In this document: piece after piece, positions 1-14,784 of the stretch | How positions within the stretch are numbered: the first letter of the stretch is position 1 | Layout: each line of letters begins with the position of its first letter | NCBI RefSeq assembly: GCF_009914755.1 | Contig: NC_060929.1 | Origin: the human T2T-CHM13v2.0 reference genome, Homo sapiens | Strand: one strand, 5' to 3' | Length of the DNA stretch: 64,000 nt | Notes under the pieces: model-generated | The model's database searches: none | Seen by the model: the letters and a program-made list of their open reading frames with translations, nothing else | What the model was told of the DNA's origin: nothing | Program-made: the position numbers and the translations under genes

Positions 1-129
1 TGTTACTATTTGTAAATCAAGGTTAATAACAATGTTGATTATGGATCAGATAATGCATGTAAATGAACTTGAACAGCATGTGATATACAGTAACTGCAAA
101 CTAAATGCAGTCTATTGTTGTTCTTCATT

Positions 130-592
130 CTCCCATTGCTCCTCCAAATTCCTTTTCTACCCTTCTCTGTCCTTTTTCATGCCCTGGGAGGTTGCTGTCT
201 GTGGAATGCAACACTTGAGCAAACTTGTCCGTGGCTTTCTGTTGGCTGCCCTTGGGAGGCATTCCAGGACATCAGACAGCAGGAGGAGAGAGTATTTGAA
301 GTATTTATCACCCCTACACCTGAGTTGCTTCCATCAAGTAGCTAACATCGGTTATCTTGAGTCACAGGCCTGTACATGGCTCATCTATGATATTAACTCT
401 CACTCACTCAGTTCACATTCCTCCCTAGGACCAGGCTCAAGACTGCTTTTAATGTTGCTAGTCTCTTGGTTGTCTCCTGTTGGTTCCATGTATTCGGTCC
501 ATGAAACTATAGATAATCCTTCATGAAACTGTCTTCAATCAAGCCTTTTCAGTGTATCATTTGATCCCTGCTATGAATTTGAATTCTATAAC
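130..592 (+). mobile_element. ERVL-class LTR relic (LTR33-like)
   Basis: Motif ctttctgttggctgcccttgggaggcattccaggacatcagacagcaggaggagagagtatttgaagtatttatc resembles LTR33/LTR16; boundaries approximate. Confidence 0.55.
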
Positions 593-604
593 AATAATAA
601 AAAT

Positions 605-790
605 TACCACCTCTACCACCACTAGTGCTAGAAAACCAGTACTAGAAAACCACTTGTGTTGTTATAAAAACTACTACTGTTACTACTACAATTACTGTTA
701 TTAATGCTAGTACTACTGCTGCTGCTACAATTACCATTACTGAAGTGGAATAATACCAGCAATAACAATAATGCCACTGTGCTAGTATGA
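605..790. repeat. Degenerate trinucleotide (ACT/ATT/GCT) low-complexity tract
   Basis: actactactgttactactacaattactgttattaatgctagtactactgctgctgctac. Confidence 0.6.
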
Positions 791-1101
791 GGATAAGTTG
801 AAACGAGAAATTATATTTATTTTCTTCCACAAATAAAAGCATTCCAACACCACGCCTTTCAAATTTAGGGCGCCAATCATTTAATTTATTTTATTTTCCT
901 GTATTTCTGGCAACTATTTTCATTTTCTTTTTCCTTCACTCACTGTCTAGGCAGGATTTCCCTTCTATTCCCACAACCACAGCTCATTCCACAGAAGAGT
1001 CTTTCCTTTTTGTCCAAATAAGTAGAAATAAATCAGTAGGGTAGTTTCATACTTTTAGTTACTTGACCAACCATTCAGTAAGTTAGGTGATATAATCGTA
1101 G

Positions 1102-1522
1102 ACAGGAAATCATCACAAAGACATTTGTGACATGCTTCACCTTGATTTCATATTTTCTTTAACTTTTAATTCATTACTGTTCAAAATAGATTCCATCAAA
1201 GAAATATCCAATTGATATGATAAATACAATGTTTTATTGGACACATCTGTCTTGAACTAGTAATGTTAAATCATCTTAGCTATATTGTCACTTCTATGAA
1301 TCTTTAAAATTCCTATATTGTTGTTCTCAGTGGCATCAGGTGATACATCTTAACTGCAAAGTGCCCTGTGTTCAAAACTCCAATTTTTCTATATCCTTAT
1401 TAGAATTAGTATTTCAGCAAAAGTGCACCCAGCTTAATTTTAAAAATCTGTTCTGTCACATAGATTCCTGTTTTTTTTTTTATCAAGCGTCATTAATACA
1501 AGAAAAAAAATTCCGTAATATA
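1102..1522 (+). pseudogene. Candidate 5' fossil exon(s), RGS22/RGSL1 N-terminal-like motif
   Basis: tag|ACA at 1102; DICDMLHLDFIFSLTFNSLLFKIDSIKEISN*YDKYNV; later HR-(fs)-PVFF..SS...QEKKF; gtgagt donor at 1523. Confidence 0.3.
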
Positions 1523-2049
1523 GTGAGTGTTTTGATTGACACTCCTGCCTCATTCCATTTGGCAAGTTTAAGTATTTTATTATGCCATAGACATGCATCT
1601 TTTTATATGGTTGTAATTGTGATAGGCATATAAGTGACAGTATCAAAATTGTTCTTGTTTGGGAGTCTTGTTAGTTTGAAGCAGATGTCAAAATCTCCCT
1701 TCTCTAAAAATTATTAATTCCATCTTAACTCCTCTCCTGCACAAATTTTGGCAAATTGTGTTTTCCTCTACTTTTCATTTAGGAGTCCTGGAATTATATT
1801 TGCTCAATGATCAATTGATCTAACCCTACCTCGATCTTCTCCAATAAATTCTCACATAAATTGCAAACAAGTATTTACTTAAACAAGTATTTACTAAAAG
1901 CAGCCTTTTTAAGATTTTTTCTCTATTTCCTTTTTTCTCTCCTCTTTCTAGCATCTGAAGCCATCCTTTTTTGAGCTCAAACAGGTCCTTTTAAAATGCC
2001 ACTTCAGATTTTCTCTGGGTTACTATTTTTCAAAAACACCTGCAATAAG

Positions 2050-2500
2050 GAGTATTTATTGACCACATACTTTAGGCGAGGCAGTGGGCGGGGTGCCTGG
2101 GATAAAATCATGACCAGAACCTGAAACAGTCCTTGCCCTCAAAGATTTAGAGCTTAATAAGAGAACAGCACTAGTCACATAATCTCACAAATGCATGTAA
2201 AATTATAATTAGAATAATGATTAAAAATATGTATTTTGTAAGAGTATATAGCAGAGTAGCCTCACCTGATCTGTATAAACAGGGTAAGCAAGTGTAGAAA
2301 CCAGAGAAAGTTCTGTAAGCCACAATGAATATTTTTCTCTGTTTTGCTTAGAGCATTGAAAGTCCAATTAAAGATTGTAAAAGGGTGAAATACGATCAGA
2401 CTTGCCATTTTAAAATTTAACTCGGATTTCCATTTCATAAGTGATGTAATGGCAAAATGGATGCAGGAGATCATTTAAGTGGCTATGCTCTGATTCTAGG
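2050..2500 (-). mobile_element. L2 3' fragment
   Basis: tatttattgaccacatactttaggcgaggcagtgg...gtccttgccctcaaagatttagagc typical of reversed L2 3' end. Confidence 0.6.
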
Positions 2501-2503
2501 TAG

Positions 2504-2786
<283 letters not shown>

Positions 2787-2789
2787 TCT

Positions 2790-3322
2790 TTCAGTTATCG
2801 ATTGCTTCATCACAAAACACCTCCAAACTTAGAGGGATAAAACAACCACCATTTTGTTAAGCTCCTAAATTCACACAGAGACACAGGAAATAAGCTTTTC
2901 TCTGCTTTAGACTATCTGGGCCTCAGCTGAGAAGACTAGAATAACTGCGGGTGACTCCCTGAGCTCAGAGCTGAAGTCGTGTGGAGGCTTTTCCACCAAC
3001 ACCTGGTCCAGGGTGACTTGAAGGTGAGCACAGCTGGCTTGTGGCCAGAGCAACTGCACACGTCCTTTGCACGGGGAGTTGGCTTCTAGTCAGACTGCTT
3101 ATGTGGTGACTTCAAATTCCTGGTGTAACGATTCCCAGTAAACAATAGGAAGCTGCTGGGCTCTTTATGACTTGCCCTTAGAAGTAACATGGCATCACTC
3201 CTACCCTGCTCTGTAGGTAAAAGTCTTCACAAGCTCAGTGAAATTCAAGGAGAAAGGACCAAAATTCCTACAGCTTAATGGAATAAGTGTCAAAAAATTT
3301 GAAGCCCTGTTTTAACTTTCAC
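2790..3322 (-). mobile_element. MaLR LTR (MLT1-type)
   Basis: tcagttatcgattgc...caaaacacctccaaacttag...ggcatcactcctacc...aaattcaaggagaaagg. Confidence 0.65.
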
Positions 3323-3559
3323 TATAATCAACAGGTAACGCCAATTGGGATTACAGAAGTTAATATAACCAGAATAGAGTATATTTGAAGAATATTGGCA
3401 GGCTTTTATGATGTAACAATGTCCCTGATTCATTCCTGATACCCATTTTTGTTTGTTTTCATTTTCTTAGAAGCATTCTTTCTACAGGTTTAGAATTGCA
3501 TTGATCTTTGCAAAACATCAACTTTTGTATTTGTTAGCTGTTTCTATTATTAATTTTTT

Positions 3560-5760
3560 TCTATTTCAGTAATTGTTATGTTTATTATTTCCTCCCTTCT
3601 CCTTACAGGGATAATTTGCAGATCCTTTGCTAACTCATTAAAACGGTTGCTTAGAACTTTTATTTCAGCCTTTGTATAAAATGTATATTTCAGCTCTACA
3701 TTTATGCTTAAGGTCTGTCTCAGTGACATTTTTCCAATTTTGATATGTAGCATTTTAATATTCACTTATTAAAAATATTAAATCATTTCCATTGTGAGGT
3801 GTTTTTTTTGACCACAGACTTTAAAAGTGTATCTGTTAATTTCCAAATATATAAGGATTTTCTGTTTACTTTTCTGTATTAGTTTTTACCTTAACTGTGG
3901 TCAGAGAGCATAACGTATGTTGTCAGTGCTTTGAAATGTGTTGAGACTTGCTTTATATCTCAGTACAAGTTATTTTCATCAGTGTTTCATGAATTCTTAA
4001 AAAGAATATGTATTTTGCAATTTTTGAGTTCAATTGTTCTGTATATGGCAGTCAAACAATTTAGTTTATTATGCTTTCAAATCTTCTACATTTTTGCATA
4101 TTTTTCTGCTGCTCTCTTTTTTACTGAGAGCTTAAAATATCTTACTGATTTCAGAATTGTTAAATTTTTTTTAGTCAATAGTTTTCTGCTGTATACATGT
4201 AATACTGTATAATTAGATATATAGAAAATTGTATCTTCCTGGTTAATTGACACTTTTGTTATTTCCAATGTCTCGATTTAAAATAATGCTTTTTGCTTTT
4301 TGTCTGATATTTAGTATAACTCACTCTTTCTTTTTGTTACTGTTTGTGTGGCATCTTTTATTTTATTTATTCTTTATTGTCTCCCTTTACATATTCCTAT
4401 ATTTTTTGTGCGAATATTGTAAGTAGTATATAATTTAGCATTCCCCAGTATTACATACTGGGTCTTTTAACTGTTTCTTTACTCTGTCATTACTGATGAA
4501 TTAGTATTTAGGTCGAACTTTACCTTCTGCTTTGTTTGATTTAACACTTACTCTTTATTCTTTTTTCTTCTTCTTCTTTTGATATGTTTAGGCTTCATTA
4601 AGTGTTTTCATTTTCTTCTCTATTTGATTTTTTAGCTATTCATTTTATTAGTCTACTTTGATAACTACTTAGGTATGGACGGATCCTAGGGCACTATATA
4701 ATTCCATTTAACTTCTTTTTTGTATTTTGTACAATTACTATCATATATTTCAATTTTGTATGTTTAAAATGTCATAAATGTTATTGCTTTGTTTTATGCA
4801 AGTGGTATATATTTAGTTTTACACATATGTGTACCATCTCGTCATTCTTCATTTCTTTCTGTTATGAAATCTCAGATTATGTTCTACCCACCCCCAAAAT
4901 AAATATTCCCATGAATAAAGAATCTAATTTGGCAGTAATTTGCTTTCAAATACTTTACATCATTCCTTGTTTTTGTTAATAAATTGGTTGTTTATCTCAG
5001 TTTTGCTCCTTGGAAGACAATATGTCTTTACTCCTTGACTACTTGCATGAATTATTTTTTTGCCTTTAGTTTTCAGCACACTTGCTGTAATGTGCTTAGG
5101 ATTTTTGCATTTATTTCTAGTGGTTCAAGAAAATTCAGAAAAACTCTGACCTATTTTTTTTTATAGGTACTTTTAACCCATCCTCACTCTCTTCTCCTTC
5201 TGGACTCTGATTGTATACATGTTAATACTTTTCTCCTTGATCCAAATTTATCTTACACTCTCTTATATATTTTTCTCATTTTGTCTTTCTTTACTTCAGT
5301 GAATATATTTTCTACTAACGTACCTTCTGATGCACTAATACTCTATCATCTGAATAGGTTTTATAGTCAGTGTTACTTTATTTCTAGATTTTCCATTAGC
5401 TATTTTTAATACTTTTGAATTATTTTCTGAAATACCTAACAATGTCATTTAATTACTAGAAAATTTAATTACATTTATTTTAAAGTTCTGCCCTATCTGG
5501 ATATAGAATAGAGTTCTTTCTCTTGTCAGTTATTAAACATGATTTATGGTCAATTCTAGTCTTATGGAATTTGTTTATTTTTTTAGATAGCATCAATAAA
5601 AGAATTCCAGGATACTCAAAGAGAACATATTTTTTCTTCAATAAAGCATCTGGATATGGATATCCAATTATATTCCAAATAAACATTGAGATCATTGGAA
5701 CCCAGCCTCAATGTCTTTTGGGACGGGTCAATTCTTCAGTCACATTTAGAACTTTATGGT
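3560..5760 (-). mobile_element. Old L1 (L1ME-like) ORF1/ORF2 remnants
   Basis: T-rich L1 antisense motifs (tgtggtcagagagcata, ttgtctgatattagtata, cttctccttctggactctgattgtatacatgtt). Confidence 0.55.
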
Positions 5761-5809
5761 TCCATCTGAAAGCCTGGCAGTGACTATTAAAGACCATCAT
5801 TTTTTTAAA

Positions 5810-7195
5810 AATACTTTTTTAAAGAGCAATTTTACAATCACAGGAAATTGAGAGGAAGATACAGAGATGCCCTGTATACTCCTTATCCCCACGCTTGCAT
5901 AGCCTCTACCATTATCAACATCCCCCCTCAGAGTGATACATTTGTTATACCTGATGAACCTACATTGACACATTGATATGCTTTGCCTCTGTGTCCCCAG
6001 CTAAATCTCATGTTGAATTGTAATCCCCAATGTTGGTGGAGAGACCTGGTGGGAGATGACTAGATCGTGGTGGCAGATTTCCCCCTTGCTATTCTCATGA
6101 TAGTGAGTTCTCATGAGATCTGGTTGCTCGAAAGTATGTAGCATCTTCCCCCTTTAACTCTCTCTCTCTCTCGCTCTACCATGTGAGGATGGTGCTTGCT
6201 TCCCCTTCACCTTCCACCATGATTGTAAGTTTCCTGAGGCCTCTCCAACAGCAGAAGCCTGTACAGCCTGCAGAACCATGAGCCAATTAAACCTATTTTT
6301 TTTTATAAATTACCCAGTCTCAGGTAGTTCTTTATAGCAGTGTGAGAATGGACTAATACACATCATAATTATTTGAAGTCCCTAGTTCACATTAGGGCTC
6401 AATACTGACATTGCACATTCTGTGGGATAGGGCAAATGTATAATGAATGACATGTATCCACATTTATGCTATCATATAGAGTATTTTGACAGCCTTAAAA
6501 ATCCCCTGTGCTCTGCCTATTCATCCCTCTTTCCTGCACCTCAGACTCTGGAGACTCCTGATCTTCTTACTCTTTCCTTAGTTTCTGCCTGTTCCAGAAA
6601 GTGATATAATTGGAAACCGACAGTATGGAGCCCTTTTAGACTGGCTTCTTTCACTTAGTAATATCCATAAGGTCACCCCATATCTTTCTATAGCCGAATA
6701 GCTCATTTCTTTTTAGCTTTGAATAATATTCCATTGTATGGATACACCATAGTTTATTTAGCCATTTACCTGTTGAAGGGCATCTTGGTAACACCCAAGT
6801 TTTGGTCATTATAAATAAAGCTGCTATAAATATCCACATCCAGGTTTTTGTGTAGACATAAATTTTTAATAGTTTTGGTTAGATACCAAGGAATTTGATT
6901 GCTGAATCATATGGTAAGACTATGCTTTGTTAGAAACCACCAAACTGTCTTCTGAAGTGGCTGTGTCAATTTGCATTCCCACTGGCAGTGAGTGAGACTG
7001 TTCATTGTGCCATCTTCTCGATAGCATTTGTTGTTGTCAGTGTTCTGGATTTTGGCCATTCTAATAGTTGTGTAGTGGTATCCCACAGTCGTTTTAATTT
7101 GCATTTCTCTAATGACATATGATGTGGAGCATCTTTTCGTATGCTTGTTTACCATCTGTATATTTTCTTTGAAGAGGTGTCTGTTGAGGTCTTCA
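5810..7195 (-). mobile_element. L1MB/MC-type 3' end (ORF2 C-terminus + 3'UTR), interrupted by MST LTR
   Basis: ORFs 6651-6839 and 6907-7209 translate to L1 ORF2 C-terminus ([20 protein letters not shown]); 3'UTR gatgaacctacattgacacat. Confidence 0.85.
5974..6360 (+). mobile_element. MSTA/MSTB solo LTR
   Basis: tgatatgctttgcctctgtgtccccagctaaatctcatgttgaattgtaatcccc ... gtgtgagaatggactaataca; L1 sequence resumes on both sides. Confidence 0.85.
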
Positions 7196-9029
7196 GTAGG
7201 GCCTGTCATCTTTAATGGATCGTGAACACCATTTTTTGTTTTCCATCTCCATGAGTTAGCTGAAAGCTACCATCACTCTTTTGGATTTCTAGTCTCTGAT
7301 TTTAAATCATCAAGTGCCTTGATGAGAAAAGTCATATTGAATTTTGGGATTACTTGACATCTATTCTCTCTGGAATTTTGGTATCACAATCCTTACTCCC
7401 TTGCTATTTCACATAGATTTTTTGAAAGTATTTCCTCTGCTTTACTTGTTAACCTCAGTAGGAAGATGTTTTCTACCATTGCCAGAAGCAGATATCTCTT
7501 CCTGCTTCAATATTCTTCATAGGTTTGCCCCTGGCTAAATATTAGAGATTTATGCAGTTGCTGGCTGGCCCTTTTCACAATAACACACAGCAATTTTATC
7601 TGCTTGTTGTGTATTTTTCCCCATTCTATGTTTTACTCATAAGTTTGAGAATAGTGGCAGTCACATAGGAAGTAGGCATTACTCATTCATGGGAATAGAA
7701 TTCAGACAAGAGGTTAGAGTAGAAAACACCAATTCTGGAAAATGTTGATGAAGTTTTGTTCTCTCAAGGAGTTTTATCACACATATGGACTGTTCAGTAG
7801 AATCCTGATTGATCAAGTGGACCAACCAATACAATGTTTATGCTTGAAAAACCAAGATTAACACAAATGATGTGTGTGTTATTGAACATCTTAATGTTAG
7901 TGGGAAATCATCATGTGTACACATAAATATAAATCATAACAGCAACTCTGATGTATGCAGAAAGTTCATATCTTTCAAAACATAAAAATAGTGATACGAG
8001 TTCTCATGGTCAGGGTAAAATGAGTATATCATTTTAAATTGCATTGCATTATATTTTTAAATTTGTAATTAATATCACAAATAATCAGTTAATTTAAATT
8101 CCTTTTTAAATTATACTTAATTTGTTTACAAATGCAGAAGTTAACTATGTGTTAACTCTCATAATGCACAATAAAGATGTTGATTTTTAAGATTCTAATA
8201 GACACAATTTTCATTTTTGACATTTTAGCAACCATCTTAAATTACAGAAAATTATAACAACTTGAAACCATGTTCATTTCAACAGGAATAAATAGCATTG
8301 TTTAACGCTAAGACAATTGATGACAAAATGACAGTCAATAAAATCAAAGCACTATCCAAACCATACCTGGTGAATCTGTCTTAAGCAACATCAATCAAAT
8401 AATGAAATACAGATTTCAAAAATGCCTCAAAATGCATAAGGTACAAGGAGATATACATTGACATAAACCTTATTATTTAGTTTTCTGGAAAAGCAAAGCA
8501 ATAATTTTCTTAAAAAGTTGTTCAGCATGACTTAAAACTCATGTTTCATGATGCCAAATTAAGCAGTGGAATAAAATTTAAGCAGTTACATTTTTAGAAA
8601 AAATCAGAATTAGCAAATTCAGCATTTAAATCAGTGCACCAGGCAAAACATGAAATAAGCCATAATATATAGGAAAAGGAAATGAATAAAGTTAAAAGCT
8701 AAAATATTTGAATTGACTCACTCATACACCAAATTTGATAAATCAACCTAAAGGATTATATTTTTAATTGACCTAGTTGTTATATGAGATTTTAAGAAAT
8801 AATTTTCTATTATACAATAAAATATAAGGATCACAGAACAAGAATACATAATGACATATCACAACATTTTAAAACCTAGGTGAAGTCAGTACATTTTTAT
8901 GAGCATGGATTATTGAAATTCTCTGAAAAGAAATAAAAATATTGACGTAAAAACAAGAAGGATTTGTTTTTTGTTTTTTGTTTTTTGTTTAAAAAAAAAA
9001 CAAAAACAACTTACCCCCAAACAAGTACG

Positions 9030-9620
9030 AGATCTAGTTAAATCCATGGATTCATAGGTATGACATTAGCTTTTTGACTAGGCTATGAATAGAAGCTAGA
9101 AAGATATCAAGAAGACTGTTAGCAGGAAAACAAAAGACACTAAGAAAATATTTATAAGAACCTGGAATAAAGATCACATATGTGACAGAAAGTTTATTTA
9201 GTAAAACTGTGCCCTGCGAAAACATGAAAAATAAAAAGCAATCTTAGATCTGGGAATCTAACTTGGGATTTCCAAGCAGAATATCAAAAGTGTCAACTGG
9301 TTTATTTCAACTGTATATGATAGGTGGGAATAGAGACAGAAATGTAGAGTAAAACTTGAAATATTTTACTTTAAGCAGAATTTAGCCAAAATATAAAGAA
9401 GCCAGCATTTTCTGGGATAGAAAATAAAAATGTTTTTCACTATAATCTTTCCATTTAGCAAAAATGTCTTCAAAGTAGGAAATAACATAATGGTAAAGTT
9501 AATATCCACAATACTACTATGGAAACAAAACCTCAAGGTAAAGCTCGTATCATGGGGGTGATTGTAAAGCCTTTGTTAAGACCTCAGAAAGACTTAAGAC
9601 AGACTTTTGAAAACCATCTC
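9030..9620 (+). mobile_element. MaLR internal (MLT-int) relic
   Basis: agaagctagaaagatatcaagaagactgttag...gatttccaagcagaatatcaaaagtgtcaactggttt. Confidence 0.5.
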
Positions 9621-9629
9621 GTCTAGACT

Positions 9630-9725
9630 AGAGGACAGTACATTTTTTGTAAGCCCCAGACAGTAAATATTTTAGACATTTCTGGCCATATGATGTCTGC
9701 AGCAACCCTCAACTCTGTCACTTTA
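9630..9725. mobile_element. MER58-like hAT DNA transposon fragment
   Basis: ttttttgtaagccccagacagtaaatattttagacatttctggccatatgatgtctgcagcaaccctcaactctgtca. Confidence 0.65.
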
Positions 9726-10384
9726 AGGAGACTATGGGACTGGAGAGTATGGGAGAAGAAAGAAGTGAGGAAAGGAAGGAGAGGAGAAGAGAGTTGAGAA
9801 CAAAACAAAACAATATATAAATTATGTACATTTCAGCATGCTATAACCTCCAAAAATTATTAAAACATATATTGCTCCCTGGTCAGCTTTGGTGAGGCTG
9901 CTTTAAAAGCGGGGGGATTAGGACTGGCACCAACCTGAGACAAATTCCAAACTCATCTTTACTTTGCCTTTTATCTTATAGTGCCTGGTCAACAGCCTGT
10001 ATGAAAAGGTTTATCCTGAGCTACTGCAATCTTCTCCAGAATTCTCCTCCAGTTCCTAGCCCCTGGCATTCGCCTCTCTCGAGTTGCATGGGTCTTCTTG
10101 GTATAACTTCCTAGTTCATTTCAGATACTGTCTCCTGCTTTCAGTCTCAGGCTTTGGCTCACTAGTTTCCTTTACTGGACACTGCAGCTTCATTATAAGT
10201 CTTCTCTGGGATCAGAGGGACTTCATCGCCTGGTTATTTTTCTCTGCCCACCTTTCAATCCAGATATTTTTGCTACTTTCATATCCCTGACTTTCATCTC
10301 TCCCACACTTAAAAATCTGGGTAAATTTTTGCTATATTTCTCCCAATTTCCTGCCATTGCCACCATTCTCTCCTACCTTAGAAC

Positions 10385-10689
10385 TTTTGTTTTTTGTTTG
10401 TTTTTGTTTTTTTGAGACAGGGTCTCCCTTTGCCACCTAGGCTAGATGCAGTGGTGCAATTACGATTTACTATAGCTTCGACTGCCCGGACTCAAGGAAT
10501 CCTCCTCCCTCAGCCTCCCAGGTAACTGAGACTACAGGCATGTGCCACCATGCCTGGCAAAATTTAAAAAAATGTTAAAGAGTCTCACTATGTTGCCCCA
10601 GCTACACTTGAACTCTCAATCTAAAACGACCCTCCTGCCTCACCCTCCCAAAGTGCAGGGATTATAAGCACTGGCCAGTGCACCTGGCC
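10385..10689 (-). mobile_element. AluJ
   Basis: Diverged Alu dimer; TSD-like tac(c/t)t(t/c)agaacttt on both sides. Confidence 0.85.
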
Positions 10690-11399
10690 TACTTCAGAAC
10701 TTTGCATTCATCATTGGGACAACTATGATTTGGTTGTTTTTTTAATTGTTTGTGAGTACCTAAAGATGGTCACTCTCGGGAGATTGGGATGAATTATGAG
10801 ATACATGTTACACTTCATTACTTTGTAGAAACTCTAAAAATTTTTTAATCCTATGCAAAATGTTTTGATGGAAGCCATGTGATTTTATTAAAGTTAAAGC
10901 TGAAGAAATAAACACATTCTCAAGTGCTACTGCAAATAATGTATTAAAGTTGAACATGGTTAAAATGTTTGCAGCCCTTAGGTAAAGTATTTAACTGAAA
11001 ATAATAAAGAACTTGATGACAACTAATTGGCTGCTTTTTGATGTTATAAACCAAAAGACAATTTTTTAAGCATAAACTACACAACCTCAAACATAACCAT
11101 GAGGATCCACTAACAATTCAAACGTAGCATAATGTGTTGTCTCCCGATCTTTATTTCAATGACATTTAAGATAGTAAGGTCTATGAGATCTGTAGCTATA
11201 AATATTTCTACATTTTAGTCTCTGAGGTTTCACTTTCTCAAAGGGAGTAAGTGGTTTTAGGAGATATTGCTAAGTGATATGAAATATCTGAACCACCAAT
11301 TTTAACACAGAATTCTGAAAGTTCTTCATTCTAACTGTTGCTGACGTCTCTGCAATTTCTCCACTTTTTAATATCACAAGAGAAAACACAGGCTGAGAT

Positions 11400-11699
11400 T
11401 GTTTTCTGCCACTATGCTGGTGGTCATAGTTTCAGTGTTACTGTTCACAAGACAAGAACTCTACTCTGGTGTCACTTTGCCATGTTCATCACCTGTAAAT
11501 ATTTTCCTTGAAGGGACTATTGTAAAAAATAAATCTACCCTTTCAAGTCATTTTTGAAAACTTAGTATGTGCTCATGTGAGACGGTTACGAAAATGTTCA
11601 AAAAGCATGGTATTTGTTTCTTCTCCAAGGATAAATCTCATCAGCTGTAGAGGAAGCATCAGTGTTACCAGCTGAGGGCGGCAGAGAGACATAAGACAG
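11400..11699 (+). pseudogene. Candidate fossil exon
   Basis: VNIFLEGTIVKN...RAAERHKT, same frame to ACAG|gtgaaa donor at 11700; two stops; 5' boundary unknown. Confidence 0.25.
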
Positions 11700-12878
11700 G
11701 TGAAAAGAAAGGTCATGTTGGGTTGTCAGTAATCCTAATTCTTTTGGAATTCAGAAATTCTGTCCCTGGGATCAGATGTAAATTAGTTTCAATTAGTAGT
11801 GACAGTGTCTAGAGTTAGTCTGGGAAGGAAAGACTTTAGCTCTCCTTCCCCCTTTGTCCTGCATTTATTTAAATATAGGCAATTGTGTTTTGGAAATCAA
11901 TTTTACATACATTTATATGCAAACCCTTCTTAGATTACTTCTTACAAGAGTTTTGTCCTTCTGTAAAAATTCTGAAGTTTCCACCTCCATTGTTCCATTT
12001 AGGGATTACAATAATACAGATTACATTAATTTACAGGTGCAGTGGATTAAGGTAGCCCTTGGCCAAAAAATAAACTCAAAGATAGATGTTAAAAAAAAAA
12101 CCCTATGTAAATTATCTCATCCACAGATACATTTTTTTAATTGGAGGCCCATAGCCTTCACTTTTAGAAAAATAACATGTTAAAAATAAAATACATTTTT
12201 TATTCAAATCTAATATTTACTTGATGAATATTAGTTTTTTCTTTCCATTCACTCCAATTCTATTATGTTAACTTGATTTATTTCATTTGTCTATTCTGAT
12301 TTTATAATCCATGGTAATAGCTGGTGCTTGTTACATATATTTTTGGCATTTTATTTTCTATTGTTTCATATTTTATCCCAGATTCTTTTAGAACAATTTT
12401 GATTTTAAATATTTTCTATTTCTTTCCCCCCAGCAATAACAGAGCATTTGAATTTTAATCTCACTTGTATTTAACCAGAAGTTAATAAATTCTAAATATA
12501 CTCAAGTATGATTTTAGATATTTCTTTAAGAATGCTCTTTTTATGTTATAGTTTTATCCTTACATTATTCTATTTTTATTATTAAGAATAGAATTTTTAT
12601 TATCTTTAGGATTCCAAGGTGTGCTAATATTTTAAAACTTTTATTGATGCACAATTGATTAGTACATGTCTGACAAGCTTATAAATAGCTTAAGTAATTA
12701 TAATAAATTGTTAATTTTTTATGCTGCTATTTTCAGCAAAGTAATAATTTCATTTTAATGGTTTACCCCATAATAATTATGGTTTACATGGCACTACAAA
12801 ACCATTACATGGAATTCTTGAAGTAATTATAATGAAACTGTTGGTTGCCACTTAACATTCATTCTCTTTTTTCCTTTA

Positions 12879-13208
<330 letters not shown>

Positions 13209-13266
13209 CTAAAGTTACAACAAAATGTGTTTTTTGTAGTATTGTTAAAAATAATAAACGTCTTAG

Positions 13267-13489
13267 ATTTTCTTGAAGCAAGAGTGGCCAAGTAACTCAA
13301 CTCTAGGTCATAATATTTATTTAAGAATACTGATGGAGGGTTCCAGAAAAAGTCTTTTACAAATAGTCATATTCGAGTGGCCTGACTCTGCAGTCCTGCG
13401 CCCTGTATCTCTTCCTCCTGTCTGGATCACAGAAGCAGCATCCATAGCCAGAGCAACTGTTACATGAAGGGGTTTTCTCTTGTTTATAG
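13267..13489 (+). pseudogene. Candidate fossil exon
   Basis: cttag|AT...TATAG|gtaaac; GC-richer unique island in AT-rich DNA; three stops in the phase-compatible frame. Confidence 0.25.
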
Positions 13490-14232
13490 GTAAACACACT
13501 CCTGACTGATGAAGATGTTATCCTTACATTTTGTGTTCAATCATTTATCTCTAGGACTTGGAAAAAAAAAACATATTGGGCCTGGAATATGGATTTTAGA
13601 ATTCCTGGCATTTCTTTTTCTGTGTTATTGCTTTCAAATTATTGAAGATACTGAAAAAAGCAAAAAAAAAAAAGAATAAAGAATAACTTAGAACATCAAT
13701 ATCTATGATTCAGATTATGAAAGTGTAGAGAAGCAGATGAGTAGCGGTTCTTTGTATTGTTTGATGATTGTGGTGTATCTTTTTGTTCTATTTTCTAACA
13801 TAATTTTTGTTATTGTTTGTAAACTCTTTGTTTATAATATCCATAGGGCTGACTCCTATTCTAAAATCTTATTTTGGATACTCACTTCATTTGTTTCCTT
13901 ATTTTATATCTTTATTTTTGGCAGGCATTTTCAATGAACATTTTAAAAATAATACCAATGCTAACAATTATAATTATTCCTCTAAGTATATTTGGCCAAA
14001 TCTTTATAATTTTAATAAACTTTTTCTTACCCTTATCTAAATTTGTTATATTCTGTTGTCATATTACATTATATCATTTATGTATGCTATATACAGTATT
14101 TCTTTTATTAGCTTATTAGATAAAATACAAATTTACTGAATTACTTCTTAAATACTAAGCCATAAAATCTTAAAATCTTGTATCGTTTATTTCCAATGTA
14201 TTTGTTCAGGTAATGTGACAAGTCGCACATAA

Positions 14233-14740
<508 letters not shown>

Positions 14741-14784
14741 CTGTTTCCCTATATTTTAACAAATTCATGGGTTTTTTTTGTTCT

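Noticed and set aside
32-526. 164-aa ORF
   Set aside because: Lies largely in an LTR33-like relic; no recognisable protein features
642-842. Hydrophobic, transmembrane-looking ORF
   Set aside because: Product of a degenerate trinucleotide repeat
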